In this document: one piece after another, positions 40,296 to 52,095 of the stretch
Position numbering within the stretch: the first letter of the stretch is position 1
Layout: every line of letters starts with the position of its first letter
Assembly: GCA_963826525.1 (NCBI GenBank)
Contig: CAWGXH010000004.1
Coordinates: forward strand, 992,001 to 1,056,000
Reading direction: 5' to 3'
DNA from: an uncultured Methanomicrobiaceae archaeon
GTDB taxonomy: Archaea; Halobacteriota; Methanomicrobia; Methanomicrobiales; Methanoculleaceae
DNA length: 64,000 bases
Notes under the pieces: generated by a model
Seen by the model: the letters and a program-made list of their open reading frames with translations, nothing else
What the model was told of the DNA's origin: nothing
The model's database searches: none
Translations under genes and position numbers: made by a program

Positions 40296-40794
40296 GAAGC
40301 ACCATTCCCTGCCCTTTTACATCGAGGTGCGGGATCCGCTTGGCGAGTCCCTTGATGAATATCGGGCTTACACCGTGTTTGCGCGACAGATCGCCGATGG
40401 AAGAGGTACCGTCGGCGATATCCTGCTGGATGGCATCGACCAGAGAACGGAGCGTTTCGTCGTTGGATATTGCGATATTCAGGAGATCCCCGACGTCATT
40501 CATTGTGCACTGGAAGTTTGCCCGGAATTTGCTATAGGTTGTCCGGTACTCTTTCATCGGTTTCCGGCCGGGTGCGGGCATTCGCCACTGCTCCTCGATC
40601 AGATTCCCCTTTTTCAGAATCCCTAGGCATTCGACGACACATTCTTCGTCGCCTGCCTGGGTTGCCAGTTCCTCCTCCGTCAGCCAGTTCTTATTCAGAA
40701 GTTCGTAGATCTTTTTGTATTGGCAGTTATTGAAGGTCATGAGGAGAGGAACAAGTTCAACCGGATCGTTAAGAATTTTAATATGTCCCGTCAA
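40279..40794 (-). CDS. ArsR-like archaeal regulator (COG4860-like)
   Basis: NDPVELVPLL..WLTEEEL..LKKGNLIEEQWRMP..KP.KEY. Confidence 0.75.
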   Translation of the reverse strand: MTGHIKILNDPVELVPLLMTFNNCQYKKIYELLNKNWLTEEELATQAGDEECVVECLGILKKGNLIEEQWRMPAPGRKPMKEYRTTYSKFRANFQCTMNDVGDLLNIAISNDETLRSLVDAIQQDIADGTSSIGDLSRKHGVSPIFIKGLAKRIPHLDVKGQGMVLLDRSS

Positions 40795-40851
40795 AGCAAT
40801 ACCCTATTGTTATATGGTTGTATAACTCCATAAATTTTTGCAGAATTTTTG

Positions 40852-43058
40852 ATGCGAACATCCGGCAATATTACCATCAGGGGTATCGTTCAGGGTGTCG
40901 GATTCCGCCCCTTTGTCTATGCGAAGGCGCATGAATACGGCATGCGCGGAACGGTCAAAAACCTCGGGAGCGAGGTTGAAATTGCGGCGTACGGTGAGCG
41001 GTTCGAGGATTTCCTCCGCGCTGTCACCGGGGGACGCCGCTCTCGCGTATCGATTCGGTCGAGGTGACCCCTCTCGTCGGGGAACCCCCGGCAGGGTTCA
41101 CGATTCTTGAGAGCGGGGCTGGGAGCCATTCCGGTTTCATTCCGACCGACGTCGCCGTCTGCGACGAGTGCATTGCCGACATAACCGCTCCCGGCGGCCG
41201 CTATGAAGGATACTGGGCGACGTCCTGTGTGAACTGCGGCCCCCGCTATAGTATCATCACCGCCATCCCCTATGATCGCGAACGGACGAGTATGGACGTA
41301 TTTCCTATCTGCTCGCCCTGTGAGCGGGAGTATACCGAGCCTTCCTGTCGGCGGCATCACGCCCAGACGATCGCCTGCGCCGACTGCGGGCCGCAGGCTC
41401 TCATTGATGAGATCCGACGGGACGGCGGTTCCGACGGCTGATCCGATCCGGGAGACGGCCGCACTCCTCGATGCCGGAGCGATCGTCGCCGTCCGCGGCA
41501 TCGGGGGTTTCCACATCGCCTGCATCGAGGAGTCGGCATGGGCGCTGAAGCGGCGGCTCGGGAGAACGGAGCAGCCGCTCGCCGTGATGGCCACCCCGGA
41601 AGAGGCCGAGCGGATAGCCGTGATATCGGATGATGAACGGGAGCAACTCGTCTCCCGGGAGCGGCCGATCGTCGTTCTGCGGAAGCGTGACCCTGACGCT
41701 CACGTCTCCATCAGCAATCTGCACACTATCGGGATCATGCTCCCCTACACCGGACTCCATCACCTCCTCTTTGCGGCGCTCTCCCACCCGCTCCTGATCA
41801 TGACGAGCGCGAACCTGCCCGGGTACCCGATGATAACCGATCTCGGCCAGGCACTCGAGCGGCTCTCCGGCCAGGTGGACTATATCCTCACCCATGATCG
41901 CCGGATCGTCAACCGTTGCGACGACTCTGTCGTCCGCGACGGTTTTCTCATCCGGCTCTCCCGTGGCTTTGCCCCGAAGAGGATGGCGATCGACCTTGGC
42001 GAGCGGTGCATCCTCGGTGTCGGGCCAGAGCTGAACGCGAATATTACTATCTACCGGAGCGGCTTTGCCGTCACGTCGCCGCACGTGGGGAACGTCCGGA
42101 ACCCCTCGACGCTCGCCTATCTGCAGGAGACGGTGGAGAAGATCGGGGGCATCGTCGGTGCACGCTACGACCGGATCGTCCACGACCTTCACCCGCAGTT
42201 CCTCTCCACCCGTTACGCCCGCGAGCTCTCCGAGGCTACGGGCGCCGAGCTCCTCGCCGTCCAGCACCACCGGGCGCATATCGCCGCAACGACACGCGAG
42301 GAGTGTGTCGGGATCGCCATCGACGGCGTGGGTTATGGAGACGACGGGACGATCTGGGGGGGGAGATCTTCGCCGGGTGTGTGCCCGACTACGACCGGGT
42401 CGGGCACCTCGAGGTCGCCCTGATGCCGGGCGGCGATCTTGCCACCCGGTTCCCGGAGCGGATGCTCTATGGCATCCTGCCGACGGATGAGATCCGCGAC
42501 CTGCTCGCCTCCCGGGGCTGGAGTGAAGTCGAACTTGCGGTGCTCGAAAAGCAGGTGACGAAACGGTTCAACGTCGCGGAGACGAGCAGCACCGGCCGCG
42601 TCCTCGACGCCGCATCGGCGCTCCTCGGGCTCTGCCGGGAGCGGACGTACGACGGTGAACCCGCGGTGAAGCTCGAGTCGGCCGCCTCCCGGGGGTCTGC
42701 GGCGGCCTGGGATCTTGCGTTCAGCTCGCGGGGCGGCCGGGAGGCCTTCTCCACCCGCTCGCTCCTCGCCGAGGCGTACCGGCGGATGCAGGCGGGCGAA
42801 CGGACTGTCGATATCGCCGCATCGGTGCAGTACAACCTCGCCCGGGGCGTCGCGGTGATGGCGGTCCGTGCTGCGGACGAGCGGGGTATCCCGCGGGTGG
42901 CGCTCTCGGGCGGCGTCGCCTACAACCACGCCATCCGGGAGGCGATCCGGCAGGAGATCCTGGCTGCCGGGCTCGAGTACGTCATCAATAAGGACTACCC
43001 CCTCGGCGACGGGTGCATCTCCTACGGGCAGGTCGTCTGCGGGGGAAGTGTGGAGTAA
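40852..43058 (+). CDS. hypF: [NiFe]-hydrogenase maturation carbamoyltransferase HypF (three frameshifts)
   Basis: GIVQGVGFRPFVY; CDEC/CVNCGPRY/CSPC/CADCGP; GIGGFH; QHHRAH; DG.GYG.DGTIWGG; GDGCISYGQ. Confidence 0.93.
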
Positions 43059-43493
43059 CGCCTCCAGTGGTATCTTCTTCGGAAGTGAGTGATTGTATTC
43101 CCCGCCGTTTCACGTTCACTCGCGGGAATCAGGAACGGTCGGAAGAGCATGATCCCTGCGTATCGTTCCTGATGTTCCTGCCCGACTTTCGACAGTCGTG
43201 CGTTGTGGAACAGTCCTGCATGCAGGGTGTGTCTCTCACCTCCCCTCTTTTGTGTTTGACCTCTCCCCAAGTAAGGTCATGTATCCTCTTACGGCATTAT
43301 TTTGGATAATTTTCGAAATGGTCTGTAGATGCGGCCAGGAGAAAAGAGAAATCGTTTTACCTTGAGTATCTCAATACTCTGAAACTGAGCACCTCCCGCA
43401 TGGTTTCGGGCGCACATGCCGCATCAGGCCCGGCAACCCGGCCATTTTGCTGCGGGGGTCGCGCCGGCTCTCTTCCTGAAGGTGATGTATTGA

Positions 43494-45742
43494 ATGATAC
43501 GCAATGCTAATTTCTCTCTGCTGTGCACACTCACGTTTGCAGTTCTCATCGGTGTGACGGGGACACTCTCCGCCGCCCCCGTCGGTTCCACCGGAGGCCC
43601 GGCGGACGGTCAGCTCATGCCGGTCAATCCGGCGTTCGCGTCTCTTCCCGAAGAGCAGACCGCGCTATCCGGTACCCCTGCCTGCGGGTATGTCCCGTCG
43701 CCGGTCTCCTTTGACGATCTCAGTCCGCAGGTCGCCTCGATGGGCGCCTCCGCCATGGAAGCACTCCCGAGTTCCTTCGATCTCCGGGAAGAAGGGCGGG
43801 TGACCCCTGTCCGGAACCAGGGGGACGCGGGAACCTGCTGGGCGTTTGCCACCTATTCGTCCCTCGAATCCGTCCTGATGCCGGAGAACGAGTACGATTT
43901 TTCCGAGAACAATATGAAGGATCTTCTGTCGTCGGACTACCCGGAAGGGTTTGACCGGAGTTTCGACGGTGGTGGAGACGGGATCATGTCCCTCGCCTAC
44001 CTTGCCCGGTGGACAGGCCCGGTCATGGAGCAGGACGATCCCTACTCTCCGACCTCCCCGATATCGCCGACAGATCTGCCGCCGGTCGTCCACGTGCAGA
44101 ACGTTTTGTTCCTGCCGAATATGACCGACGCCGGGGCGGAGCCGGCGATAAAAGAGGCCGTGATGGAGCACGGTGCGGTTTTTACCGAGCTGTACTGGAC
44201 GAATACTGCCTGGAATGCAACGAATAACGCCTATTATTATGCCGGTTCCGCCGAGCCCAATCATGCAGTCGCAATCGTCGGGTGGGACGATTCCTTCAGC
44301 CGGGATGCCTTCAATCAGACTCCCGCCGGCGACGGCGCCTGGATCCTAAAAAACAGTTGGGGAACCAATTTTGGTGACGGCGGCTACTTTTACCTGTCCT
44401 ACGACGATACCCGGCTCGGCAGCATGTGGCAGGCTGTGTATACCGCAGAACCGGCAGATACCTACGATGGGATCTACCAGTACGATCCCCTCGGCATGTG
44501 CGGAAAGTTCGGATACAACGCCGCTACGGCCTGGTTCGCCAACGTCTTCACTGTTGCTGCCGACGAAGACCTCCGGGCGGTGAGTTTCTACGCCCCCCAG
44601 TACTCCTCGGACTATGAGCTCCCGTGTGTACACATCTCCTACCGGAGGGCCGGAGAACGCCGCCGGCCCCGTAGCAATGCAGACCGGGACAGTCGATGAG
44701 CCCGGCTATCGCACCGTCCCTCTCCAGGCGGCGGTTCCGCTGCAGCAGGGGGAGTGCTTCTCGGTCGTGGTGAAGCTCACCGCTCCCGGTGTGACCAAAC
44801 CGGTTGCAATTGAATACCCGATTGCGGGCTACTCGAGCAAGGCCTCGGCAAATCCCGGCGAGAGTTACGTCAGCAGCGACGGTGAAACCTGGCAGGATCT
44901 CACCACCCGTAACGGTCTTGACGAGGCCAATGTCTGCCTCAAAGCGTTCACGACCCTCACGGCCGTCCCGGTGGCAAACTTCACCGCGAACGTCACCAGC
45001 GGCACCGCCCCGCTCGCGGTGCAGTTCACCGACACCTCGACGGGCAGCCCGACGACGTGGGCGTGGGACTTCGGTGATACCACCACCTCCACGGAGCAGC
45101 ACCCCGTCCACACCTACACGGCGGCGGGCACCTACTCTGTGAACCTGACGGTCACCAATGCCGGCGGCAGCGATTCCCTGGTAAAGGCGGATTCCATCAC
45201 CGTCACTGCCGCCGCACCGCTCGTCACCGATCCCGCGGCGACGCCCGCCGTCATTCCGACCGATACCGACGGCACCCCCGGAGCGGGTGAGACCACCGTG
45301 CTCTCCGTGGCGGTGGCCGGCGCGAATATCGCATCGGTGACGGTGAATCTCTCCGCGATCGGCGGGTCGTCCGTAACGCCGATGACCGATGCCGGGGACG
45401 GCACCTGGACGATGAACGCCACAGCCACTTTATCTTCGCGGTTTGAAGATGGCGTCTACCTACCGGTGCTCCTCGCCGTGAACGCGACCGATGCAGACGG
45501 CCTCAGCAACACCTCGGTCTCGATCCCGCTCACGGTCGTGAAGAACGGGGATGCGAACGAGGATAACCGGGTCACACTCTACGACGCCGTCTACACCGCC
45601 CGGCACCTCCTCAAATCCGAGGGCTACCCGATGACCGAGAGCGTCGGACTGGTCTCGGGCGGCGATGCCCTCTCGCTCGCCGATGCGATGTACCTCGCAA
45701 AGCACCTCCTCGGCATCCCCGGGTTTGAGCAGGCTCCACTGA
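43494..45742 (+). CDS. Secreted C1A cysteine protease with lectin-like, PKD and dockerin-like domains (frameshifts near 44620 and 45730)
   Basis: QGDAGTCWAF; NHAVAIVGWDD; KNSWG; PKD WAWDFGD; GDANEDNRVTLYDA..LSLADAMYL. Confidence 0.88.
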
Positions 45743-45939
45743 CCCTGCGGAGAGTGTCCCGGCAGTCCTCTCCTCTCTTTTCAGACCGGCATCGGGTCGA
45801 TTGGACGATCCCTCGTCCAGGGGAGGGCGATGCCACGTATATTCCCACCATCTCTCACGGCGTATCCGGAGAATCACCTCTCACCTTCATCGTCAGGTCA
45901 TCCACACCCTTCATCTCTCACGAGACCAACCCTTACAGC

Positions 45940-46494
45940 ATGACAGAGGGTCTCCTCCTCGTCGACATCCAGAACGACTACTTCCCGGGCGGGGCAAAGG
46001 AACTCGCGGGCATGGAACCGGCTGCCATGAACGCCGCCCGCCTCCTCTCCGCCTTCAGGGAGTCCGGCCGCCCGGTGATCTTCGTCCGCCATATCTCCGC
46101 ACGGCCCGGAGCCGCATTCTTCCTGCCCGGTACGCGGGGTGCGGAGATTCACGGCAGGGTCAGCCCTCTGCCCCGGGAGCCGGTGGTCGAAAAAAGCCGT
46201 CCGAACAGTTTCCTCGACACCGATCTCTCCGCGACCCTTGCAGCGCAGGGAGTGACGGTTCTTGTGATCTGCGGTGCGATGAGCCACATGTGCATCGATG
46301 CCACGACCCGTGCCGCCCGTGACCTCGGGTACTCCTGCACGGTGATCGCCGACGGATGCGCTGCCTCCGACCTGACCTTCGGCGGGGTCGTGGTGCCGGC
46401 CGGCACGGTTCATGCCGCATTTATGGCCGCACTCGACGGAACCTATGCCCGGGTGACGACGACCGGGGAGTACCTGCGCCTTTTAACCCGTTGA
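45940..46494 (+). CDS. Isochorismatase-family cysteine hydrolase
   Basis: LVDIQNDYF; K..PNSF; GAMSHMCIDATTR. Confidence 0.92.
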   Translation: MTEGLLLVDIQNDYFPGGAKELAGMEPAAMNAARLLSAFRESGRPVIFVRHISARPGAAFFLPGTRGAEIHGRVSPLPREPVVEKSRPNSFLDTDLSATLAAQGVTVLVICGAMSHMCIDATTRAARDLGYSCTVIADGCAASDLTFGGVVVPAGTVHAAFMAALDGTYARVTTTGEYLRLLTR

Positions 46495-46567
46495 ATCCCG
46501 CTTCTCCGACCGAAACGATACTTTTATCCTCGCCCTGCCGCATCTCCTGGTACAGGAGTATGATTTC

Positions 46568-47243
46568 GTGAAAGTCCTCGGATTGAATGCAAGCCCAAGG
46601 GGAAAGGAGAGCCGGACGTTACGCCTCGTCGACGCCGTCCTGCAGGGTGCCCGGGAGGAAGGAGCGAAGACCGAGAGTATCGATCTCTACACGCTCCGCA
46701 TCGAGGACCTGTACCGCGTGCGGTTCCTGTTATGCAACAGGCGACTGCAGCCTGATGGACGACTTCCCGGACCTCTTCGACGCCATCCTCGACGCCGACG
46801 GGATTGTCCTCGGCTCGCCGAACTACATCGATTCGGTCACCGCCCCGTTAAAGGCGGTCTTCGATCGCATGGCGGACGCCATCCACTGCCAGATGCTTAC
46901 CGGCAAGTTCGGGTGCTCCGTCTGCACTGCGGGCGGGAGTAACCAGGATGAGGTCGTCGCCTACATGAACCACGTCCTGACCGTCCTCGGGGCGACTGCG
47001 GTCGGCGGGATCGGCGTCGCCGTCGGGAGGGATCCGGCCGCGCTCGGGAAGGCCGAGGAAGAGGCCGCCCGCCTCGGGAGGAGGCTGGCCAGGTCGATCC
47101 GGGGCGAATACCAGTACCCCGAGCAGGAGGAGATCCACCGGCAGCGGCGGGAGTACTTCCGCCAGCTCGTCATGGCGAATCGGGACCTCTGGCGCCATGA
47201 GTATGACTGGTATGTCACGATGGGCTGGATCAAGGAGGAGTGA
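46568..47243 (+). CDS. Iron-sulfur flavoprotein/flavodoxin family protein (frameshift near 46708)
   Basis: NASPRG; CTACGSC..C..DD; GSPNY. Confidence 0.9.
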
Positions 47244-47649
47244 AGCGACAACATCCGGCAGATCTGCGCCCGTCCACGCGAAGAGGCATCTATCAGTCAC
47301 CCCCCGCGGGTTTGCCGGTTCCTGCAAGATCGGGCGGTATGGTTAACGCCGCCCCGTGTGCCGTCGGTCGGGCAGTGCTCCGCCGCGTTTCTCATTTTCA
47401 CTGCCGCCTGCATTCCCGGATAGACTGGAGTCGGGAGTGACTCATGAGGACAGAACCGTCAGAGACGATCGAAAGAAAAACCTTCACGGTACCTGTGACA
47501 GGGGTGCGGTCCTCACAGAAAACAGGCGAGATCGCTCTGGTACATCCGTCGTGCATCGCGTGCGCTCCGGCACTGACGGAAAAAGATGCTCATTACGTTC
47601 TGAACCGGGCTCTCTGACCCGGATATTGAATGCGATAAAAAGAAAGGAT

Positions 47650-47958
47650 TTAGCCGAAGAGGGCTCCGAGACCGGCCATGCCGCCCTCTTCGTCCTCTTT
47701 CTCCTCTTCCTTCTCTTCTTCCTCTGCGGGTGCGGCTGCTGCGGGTGCAGCGGCTGCTACGGGTGCGGCAGCGACCGGCGCGACGGCGGCCTTGCTGATG
47801 GCCTCCTCGATGTTCACGCCGTCAAGGGCTGCGACGAGCGCCTTGACACGGGAGTCGTTGACTGCGATACCGGCTGCGGACAGAACTGCGGTTACGTTCT
47901 CTTCGCTGATTTCCTTACCTGCGCTGTTCAGGAGCAGTGCAGCATAGATGTACTCCAT
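47650..47958 (-). CDS. rpl12: 50S ribosomal stalk protein L12 (aP1)
   Basis: [17 protein letters not shown]. Confidence 0.97.
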   Translation of the reverse strand: MEYIYAALLLNSAGKEISEENVTAVLSAAGIAVNDSRVKALVAALDGVNIEEAISKAAVAPVAAAPVAAAAPAAAAPAEEEEKEEEKEDEEGGMAGLGALFG

Positions 47959-47998
47959 GTTTTCTTCACCTCAAATTTGTGTAGATGTTATGTCGGGG

Positions 47999-49022
47999 TT
48001 ACCCGAAGAGGGCTCCAAGGCCGGCCATGCCGCCCTCTTCGTCCTCTTTTTCTTCTTCCTCTTCCTCTTCTTTCTCTTCCGCCTGTGCGGCAGGTGCTTC
48101 TGCTACGGCTGCGGGCGCTGCGGAGACAGCTCGCTGCGGCCTTGCGGGTTGCCTCATCGAGTTCGTATCCGGACTCGGATGCTGCAAGTGCGACCGTCAG
48201 CATCTCGCGGAATGCCCGTCCGATGATGAGGTCGGCGATATCCTTCTCGTAGATGCTCGCCTCGACACCGAGACTCCGCGCCTCACGCACTGCCTTGCTG
48301 ATGATGGCGCTGATGGTCACCGGCGTCGGGATGGCAGCATTCACCGAGAGGTTGAACGCCTGCTGTGCCGCGAGAACGACATTGTTGTAGTACTGCTCCT
48401 CGTCGATTGCAAGGAGGTCGGGCGTGAAGATCGACTCTTTGTAGTATGCAGCCTGTAGGATGAGACCGACATCCATCGGCTTGATACTGAGTTTGACGAG
48501 CGCTTCGGCCAGCTTCTTGTTGATGACCTGGCCCTTCTTCACAACCGTCTTCGTCTCGCGGATCTTGACCTTACCACCTTCGATGGCGGCGGGGATACCT
48601 ACCTGCTGGAGCTCGCCGACGATAGGACCCGGCTTGAAGCTCGTTGGGCCTTTCGGGACGATAATGTCCTCAGGTGCAGTCTCACCCGGCTTTGCAGCCA
48701 TCTTGGTCTTGGTCTGTTCAAGCAGCTTGAACAACTTGAATGGATTCTCGTTGGTAAAGATCAGTGCGCTCTGGCCGGAGAGGTGACCTTTCAGGTCTTC
48801 GATCTCCTCTCCCATCTCCGCCATGGCGTGCTCGATGAGGGTGTTACGGGTCATCTTGACTGTGGCAATCCCGCGCAGATTCTTCCTTATCTGCTGAATC
48901 TGGCTTGCGGGAATACCATACATGTCAACGAGTCCGACGACCTCGTGCTCCTCGGAGCATCGCCTGATCTCTGCAACTTCGTTCTTCTTCCACTGCGGCA
49001 GATGCCTCGTATACACTGCCAT
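47999..49022 (-). CDS. rplP0: 50S ribosomal protein L10 (P0), frameshift near 48130
   Basis: PQWKKNEV; GPTSFKPGP; acidic tail ending GLGALFG in the second frame. Confidence 0.95.
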
Positions 49023-49663
49023 CAGATCAACCTCACTGCCGGGCCCATCGTCGTCTTCACGTAGACCGAACGAATATTCATGGTACCGCCTTCCAGGACA
49101 CTCTCGACCCTGCGCAGGATAGCATCGACATTCTCTGCGATCTGCTCGGGCTGCATGTCGGTCTCGCCGACCTTGCTGTGGAAGGTCTTCTTATCCTTCG
49201 TCCGGATCTTAACGGAACTGCGAAGACGCTGGACAATCGGCCGTATATCCGCTCCCGGGGGAATCGGCATGGGCATTCTTCCGCGGGGACCCAGTCTGAC
49301 ACCAAGATAACGACCGACGAGCGGCATGACTGCCGTCTCTGCAAGGAAGAATCGGTATTCGTTCGCCATCTTGCGTGCTTCTCGGGGTTCGCCGCCGAGG
49401 CGCTCAATCTCATCGGGACCGATGATCAGTTCCACGCCGGCCTCTTTTGCCTGCGTGGTGATATCTCCCTTTCCGAGAACGGCGATCTTTATGTCGTTCA
49501 AACCGTTCGGAAGAAGGATCGTCTCATCGATACGGTTCTTCGGCTGAGCCATATCGATGTTTCTGAGATTGATGGTGATGTCCACACTCTCGCGGAATTT
49601 GCGAGGTGGCGCCTGCTCGATCGCCGATTTCACGGCTTCTTTTATGCTGGATCTGTCAACCAT
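49022..49663 (-). CDS. rpl1: 50S ribosomal protein L1
   Basis: RKFRESVDITINL; LGPRGRMP; YVKTTMGP. Confidence 0.97.
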   Translation of the reverse strand: MVDRSSIKEAVKSAIEQAPPRKFRESVDITINLRNIDMAQPKNRIDETILLPNGLNDIKIAVLGKGDITTQAKEAGVELIIGPDEIERLGGEPREARKMANEYRFFLAETAVMPLVGRYLGVRLGPRGRMPMPIPPGADIRPIVQRLRSSVKIRTKDKKTFHSKVGETDMQPEQIAENVDAILRRVESVLEGGTMNIRSVYVKTTMGPAVRLI

Positions 49664-49672
49664 CTCTTGCCT

Positions 49673-49703
49673 CCATAGTACGCGACCTCACGATCTTCTA
49701 TGG
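49673..49703 (-). promoter_or_regulatory. Candidate uL1 autoregulatory mRNA element overlapping the rpl1 RBS
   Basis: Minus strand CCAUAG-AA-GAUC-GUGA-GGUC-GCGUA-CUAUGG: an outer helix, an asymmetric loop and a GNRA hairpin; the 3' strand includes the start of GGAGG. Confidence 0.55.
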
Positions 49704-49715
49704 GTGTCTTCTTGT

Positions 49716-50193
49716 CTATTCTACGAGTACGTTGTCGTACACGCCCGCGTTGATGGCCTGAATCATTTCTTTGGGCTTCAGACCCTCAACGGTGACACCA
49801 ATGCTCACACACGTACCGACGACCTCCTTGACGGCGGACTTCATCTCGTATGAGAGCATATCGTCAAACTTCATCCGGGCGATTCTGACAGCGGCCTCGA
49901 GGGGCAGGTTACCCATATTCTGGGTATTGGGCTCTGCATACTCCCTTCGCGATACCAACCTCTTTCATGACGAGCGCCGTCGTGGGTGGAATACCCACTT
50001 CGATGGTGAAGTTCTTCTTATCATCGACGGTGACGATCACCGGCACTTGCATGCCGTTGAACTCTGCTGTCTTTTTGTTGATCTCGTCGACGACAGCCTT
50101 CACGTTGATACCGAGAGGTCCCAGTGCAGGCCCAAGCGGCGGCCCTGCTGTTGCTTTCCCGCCTGATACCAGTACCTCGACCACTTCTGCCAT
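49716..50193 (-). CDS. rpl11: 50S ribosomal protein L11, frameshift near 49940
   Basis: [18 protein letters not shown]; [16 protein letters not shown]. Confidence 0.95.
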
Positions 50194-50297
50194 AGATGTT
50201 TCACCAGCCTTTCCCACTCGGGATACTCAGCTTGGGTTAGACTAGGTCGACCTGCAGGGATTTAAAGGTATCAAAGAACTTGAAAAAAAGGGGTGTT

Positions 50298-50772
50298 TCA
50301 GGCAGCCTCTTCGCTCCGCTCAACCACGCGGACAGAGTCGCCACGCACGGTGATGGGGATAGGGATCATGCTCTCGTACAGCTCGAGCGTAATCTCTTCT
50401 TTGCCCGTGTCGATCCGTTTGACTACGGCTTTCTCGCCCTTGAAGGGGCCTGCGATGATCTCGACGATGGTACCTTCGGTGATACCGCTCACGACCGGTT
50501 TCGGCACCAGGAAATGTTCGACTTCGGAGAGGGCGGTGGCGCCCCGCACGACGGCACGCGCATGGGGAATAAGCTCGACGAGCCTGCTCCATCCTCGCGA
50601 GGGAGTCGGGACTCTCCACAAGGACGTAGCCCTTCAGTTCCTCAGGAACGATGACGGCGACGACGTGGATGTCCTTCTGTCCCTCGATCGCCTTGATGAC
50701 GTTGTCGGCGACCGTTCGCTCTTGTTTGGCCGTGGTCTTGATGGCGTAGATCTTGTTATTGTATTCCGTCAT
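50298..50772 (-). CDS. spt5: Transcription elongation factor Spt5 (NusG), frameshift near 50585
   Basis: [19 protein letters not shown]; [17 protein letters not shown]. Confidence 0.95.
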
Positions 50773-50778
50773 TGCGCA

Positions 50779-50991
50779 TCAGGCAGGCATCTGCAGGAGT
50801 ATTTCGTAGATAACAAACCCGATCAGGCCGACGAGCAGAATTCCTGCTGCTGCGACGATCGCGATCTTGGAAAACTCGTCACGCGTCGGTGTCCGTGCAA
50901 GTTTCAGTACACGCCAGTATTTTCTGAAGAGCTCTTCTTCCAGCTTTATGGATTTGATATTATCCGTGAACTTCTCTTTGTAATCCATCAT
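50779..50991 (-). CDS. secE: Protein translocase subunit SecE/Sec61-gamma
   Basis: YWRVLKLARTPTRDEFSKIAIVAAAGILLVGLIGF. Confidence 0.93.
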   Translation of the reverse strand: MMDYKEKFTDNIKSIKLEEELFRKYWRVLKLARTPTRDEFSKIAIVAAAGILLVGLIGFVIYEILLQMPA

Positions 50992-50997
50992 ATCCGC

Positions 50998-52095
50998 TCA
51001 CTTCAGAAAGTCAATCTCAAACTGCTTCATCATGCGTGGCATACTCTTCTCATTTCTTCCATATATTTGTGGTGACCGGACGCCGGTCACGACGAGAAGG
51101 GTGCGCATCTTGTGCTGCATATCCGGATCGACCTGCGCTCCCCAGATTATCCGCGCATCCGGATCGATCCGATCGTAGACTTCCTGAATGACGCCTTCGG
51201 CCTCGACCATGGTCATATCGGGACCGCCGACGACATTGACGAGCGCCGCCGTCGCACCGGAGATATCCACGTCGAGCAGCGGCGACCGGAGCGCCTTCTT
51301 GACCGAGTCGGCGGCCTTGTCCTCACTGTCGCTCTCGCCCATGCCTATCATGGCGACGCCGCCGCGCTCCATGACCGTCCTGACGTCGGCGAAGTCGAGG
51401 TTGACGAGCCCCGGCATCGTGATGAGCTCGGTGATACCCTTGACCGCCCGCATCAGCACCTCGTCGGAGACCTTGAATGCGGCATGCAGAGGCAGACGGG
51501 GAACGACCTCGAGCAGGCGGTCGTTCGGCACGACGATGACGGTGTCGGCGACTTCGCGGAGGCGTTCGAGGCCTGCTTCGGCGTTCTGTGCCCGGATGGC
51601 GCCTTCTGCCGTGAACGGCAGGGTCACGACTGCGATCGTCAGGGCGCCCTCATCCCGGGCTGCCTTTGCGACTACGGGTGCCGACCCGGTGCCGGTGCCC
51701 CCGCCGAGCCCTGCCGTGATGAAGACCATATCGCACCCTTCGACGATACGCCGGACGTCGTCCTCGTTCTCGAGTGCCGCCTCTTCGCCGACCTGCGGGA
51801 TAGAGCCCGCCCCGAGCCCGCGGGTTCGCTGCCGGCCGATCAGGATCCTCGTGTCGGCGTGCGTCCGGATGAGGTGTTGCGCATCGGTGTTGAGGGCGAC
51901 GAGGCTTGCCCCATGGACGCCCTCCTCCGCCATCCGGCTGATCGTATTGGATCCGCCGCCACCGCACCCGACGACCGCGATCTCCGTCCGGAGCTCCATC
52001 AGGATCTCCTCAAGCTCCTTGTCCGTCTGTGTGGGCTCGATATACCGCTGCTCGCTTCTTGCCCGTGATAGTGCCTCTTCTACGATGGATTTCAT
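50998..52095 (-). CDS. ftsZ: Cell division protein FtsZ
   Basis: GCGGGGSN; GGGTGTG; NLDFADV. Confidence 0.97.
   Translation of the reverse strand: MKSIVEEALSRARSEQRYIEPTQTDKELEEILMELRTEIAVVGCGGGGSNTISRMAEEGVHGASLVALNTDAQHLIRTHADTRILIGRQRTRGLGAGSIPQVGEEAALENEDDVRRIVEGCDMVFITAGLGGGTGTGSAPVVAKAARDEGALTIAVVTLPFTAEGAIRAQNAEAGLERLREVADTVIVVPNDRLLEVVPRLPLHAAFKVSDEVLMRAVKGITELITMPGLVNLDFADVRTVMERGGVAMIGMGESDSEDKAADSVKKALRSPLLDVDISGATAALVNVVGGPDMTMVEAEGVIQEVYDRIDPDARIIWGAQVDPDMQHKMRTLLVVTGVRSPQIYGRNEKSMPRMMKQFEIDFLK

Noticed and set aside
43290-43330. Possible IS/MITE terminus (GGATAATTTTCGAAATGGTCT); other terminus-like words near 1290, 12800 and 20240
   Set aside because: No matching partner end or target duplication could be established within the window.
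44614-46494. Apparent PKD/dockerin-isochorismatase fusion
   Set aside because: An extra base near 45730 hides the protease stop (TGA 45740-45742). The intervening sequence looks non-coding and the hydrolase has its own ATG at 45940.
47650-48070. Near-identical DNA at the 3' ends of rpl12 and rplP0
   Set aside because: This is the known shared acidic GLGALFG tail of archaeal stalk proteins.
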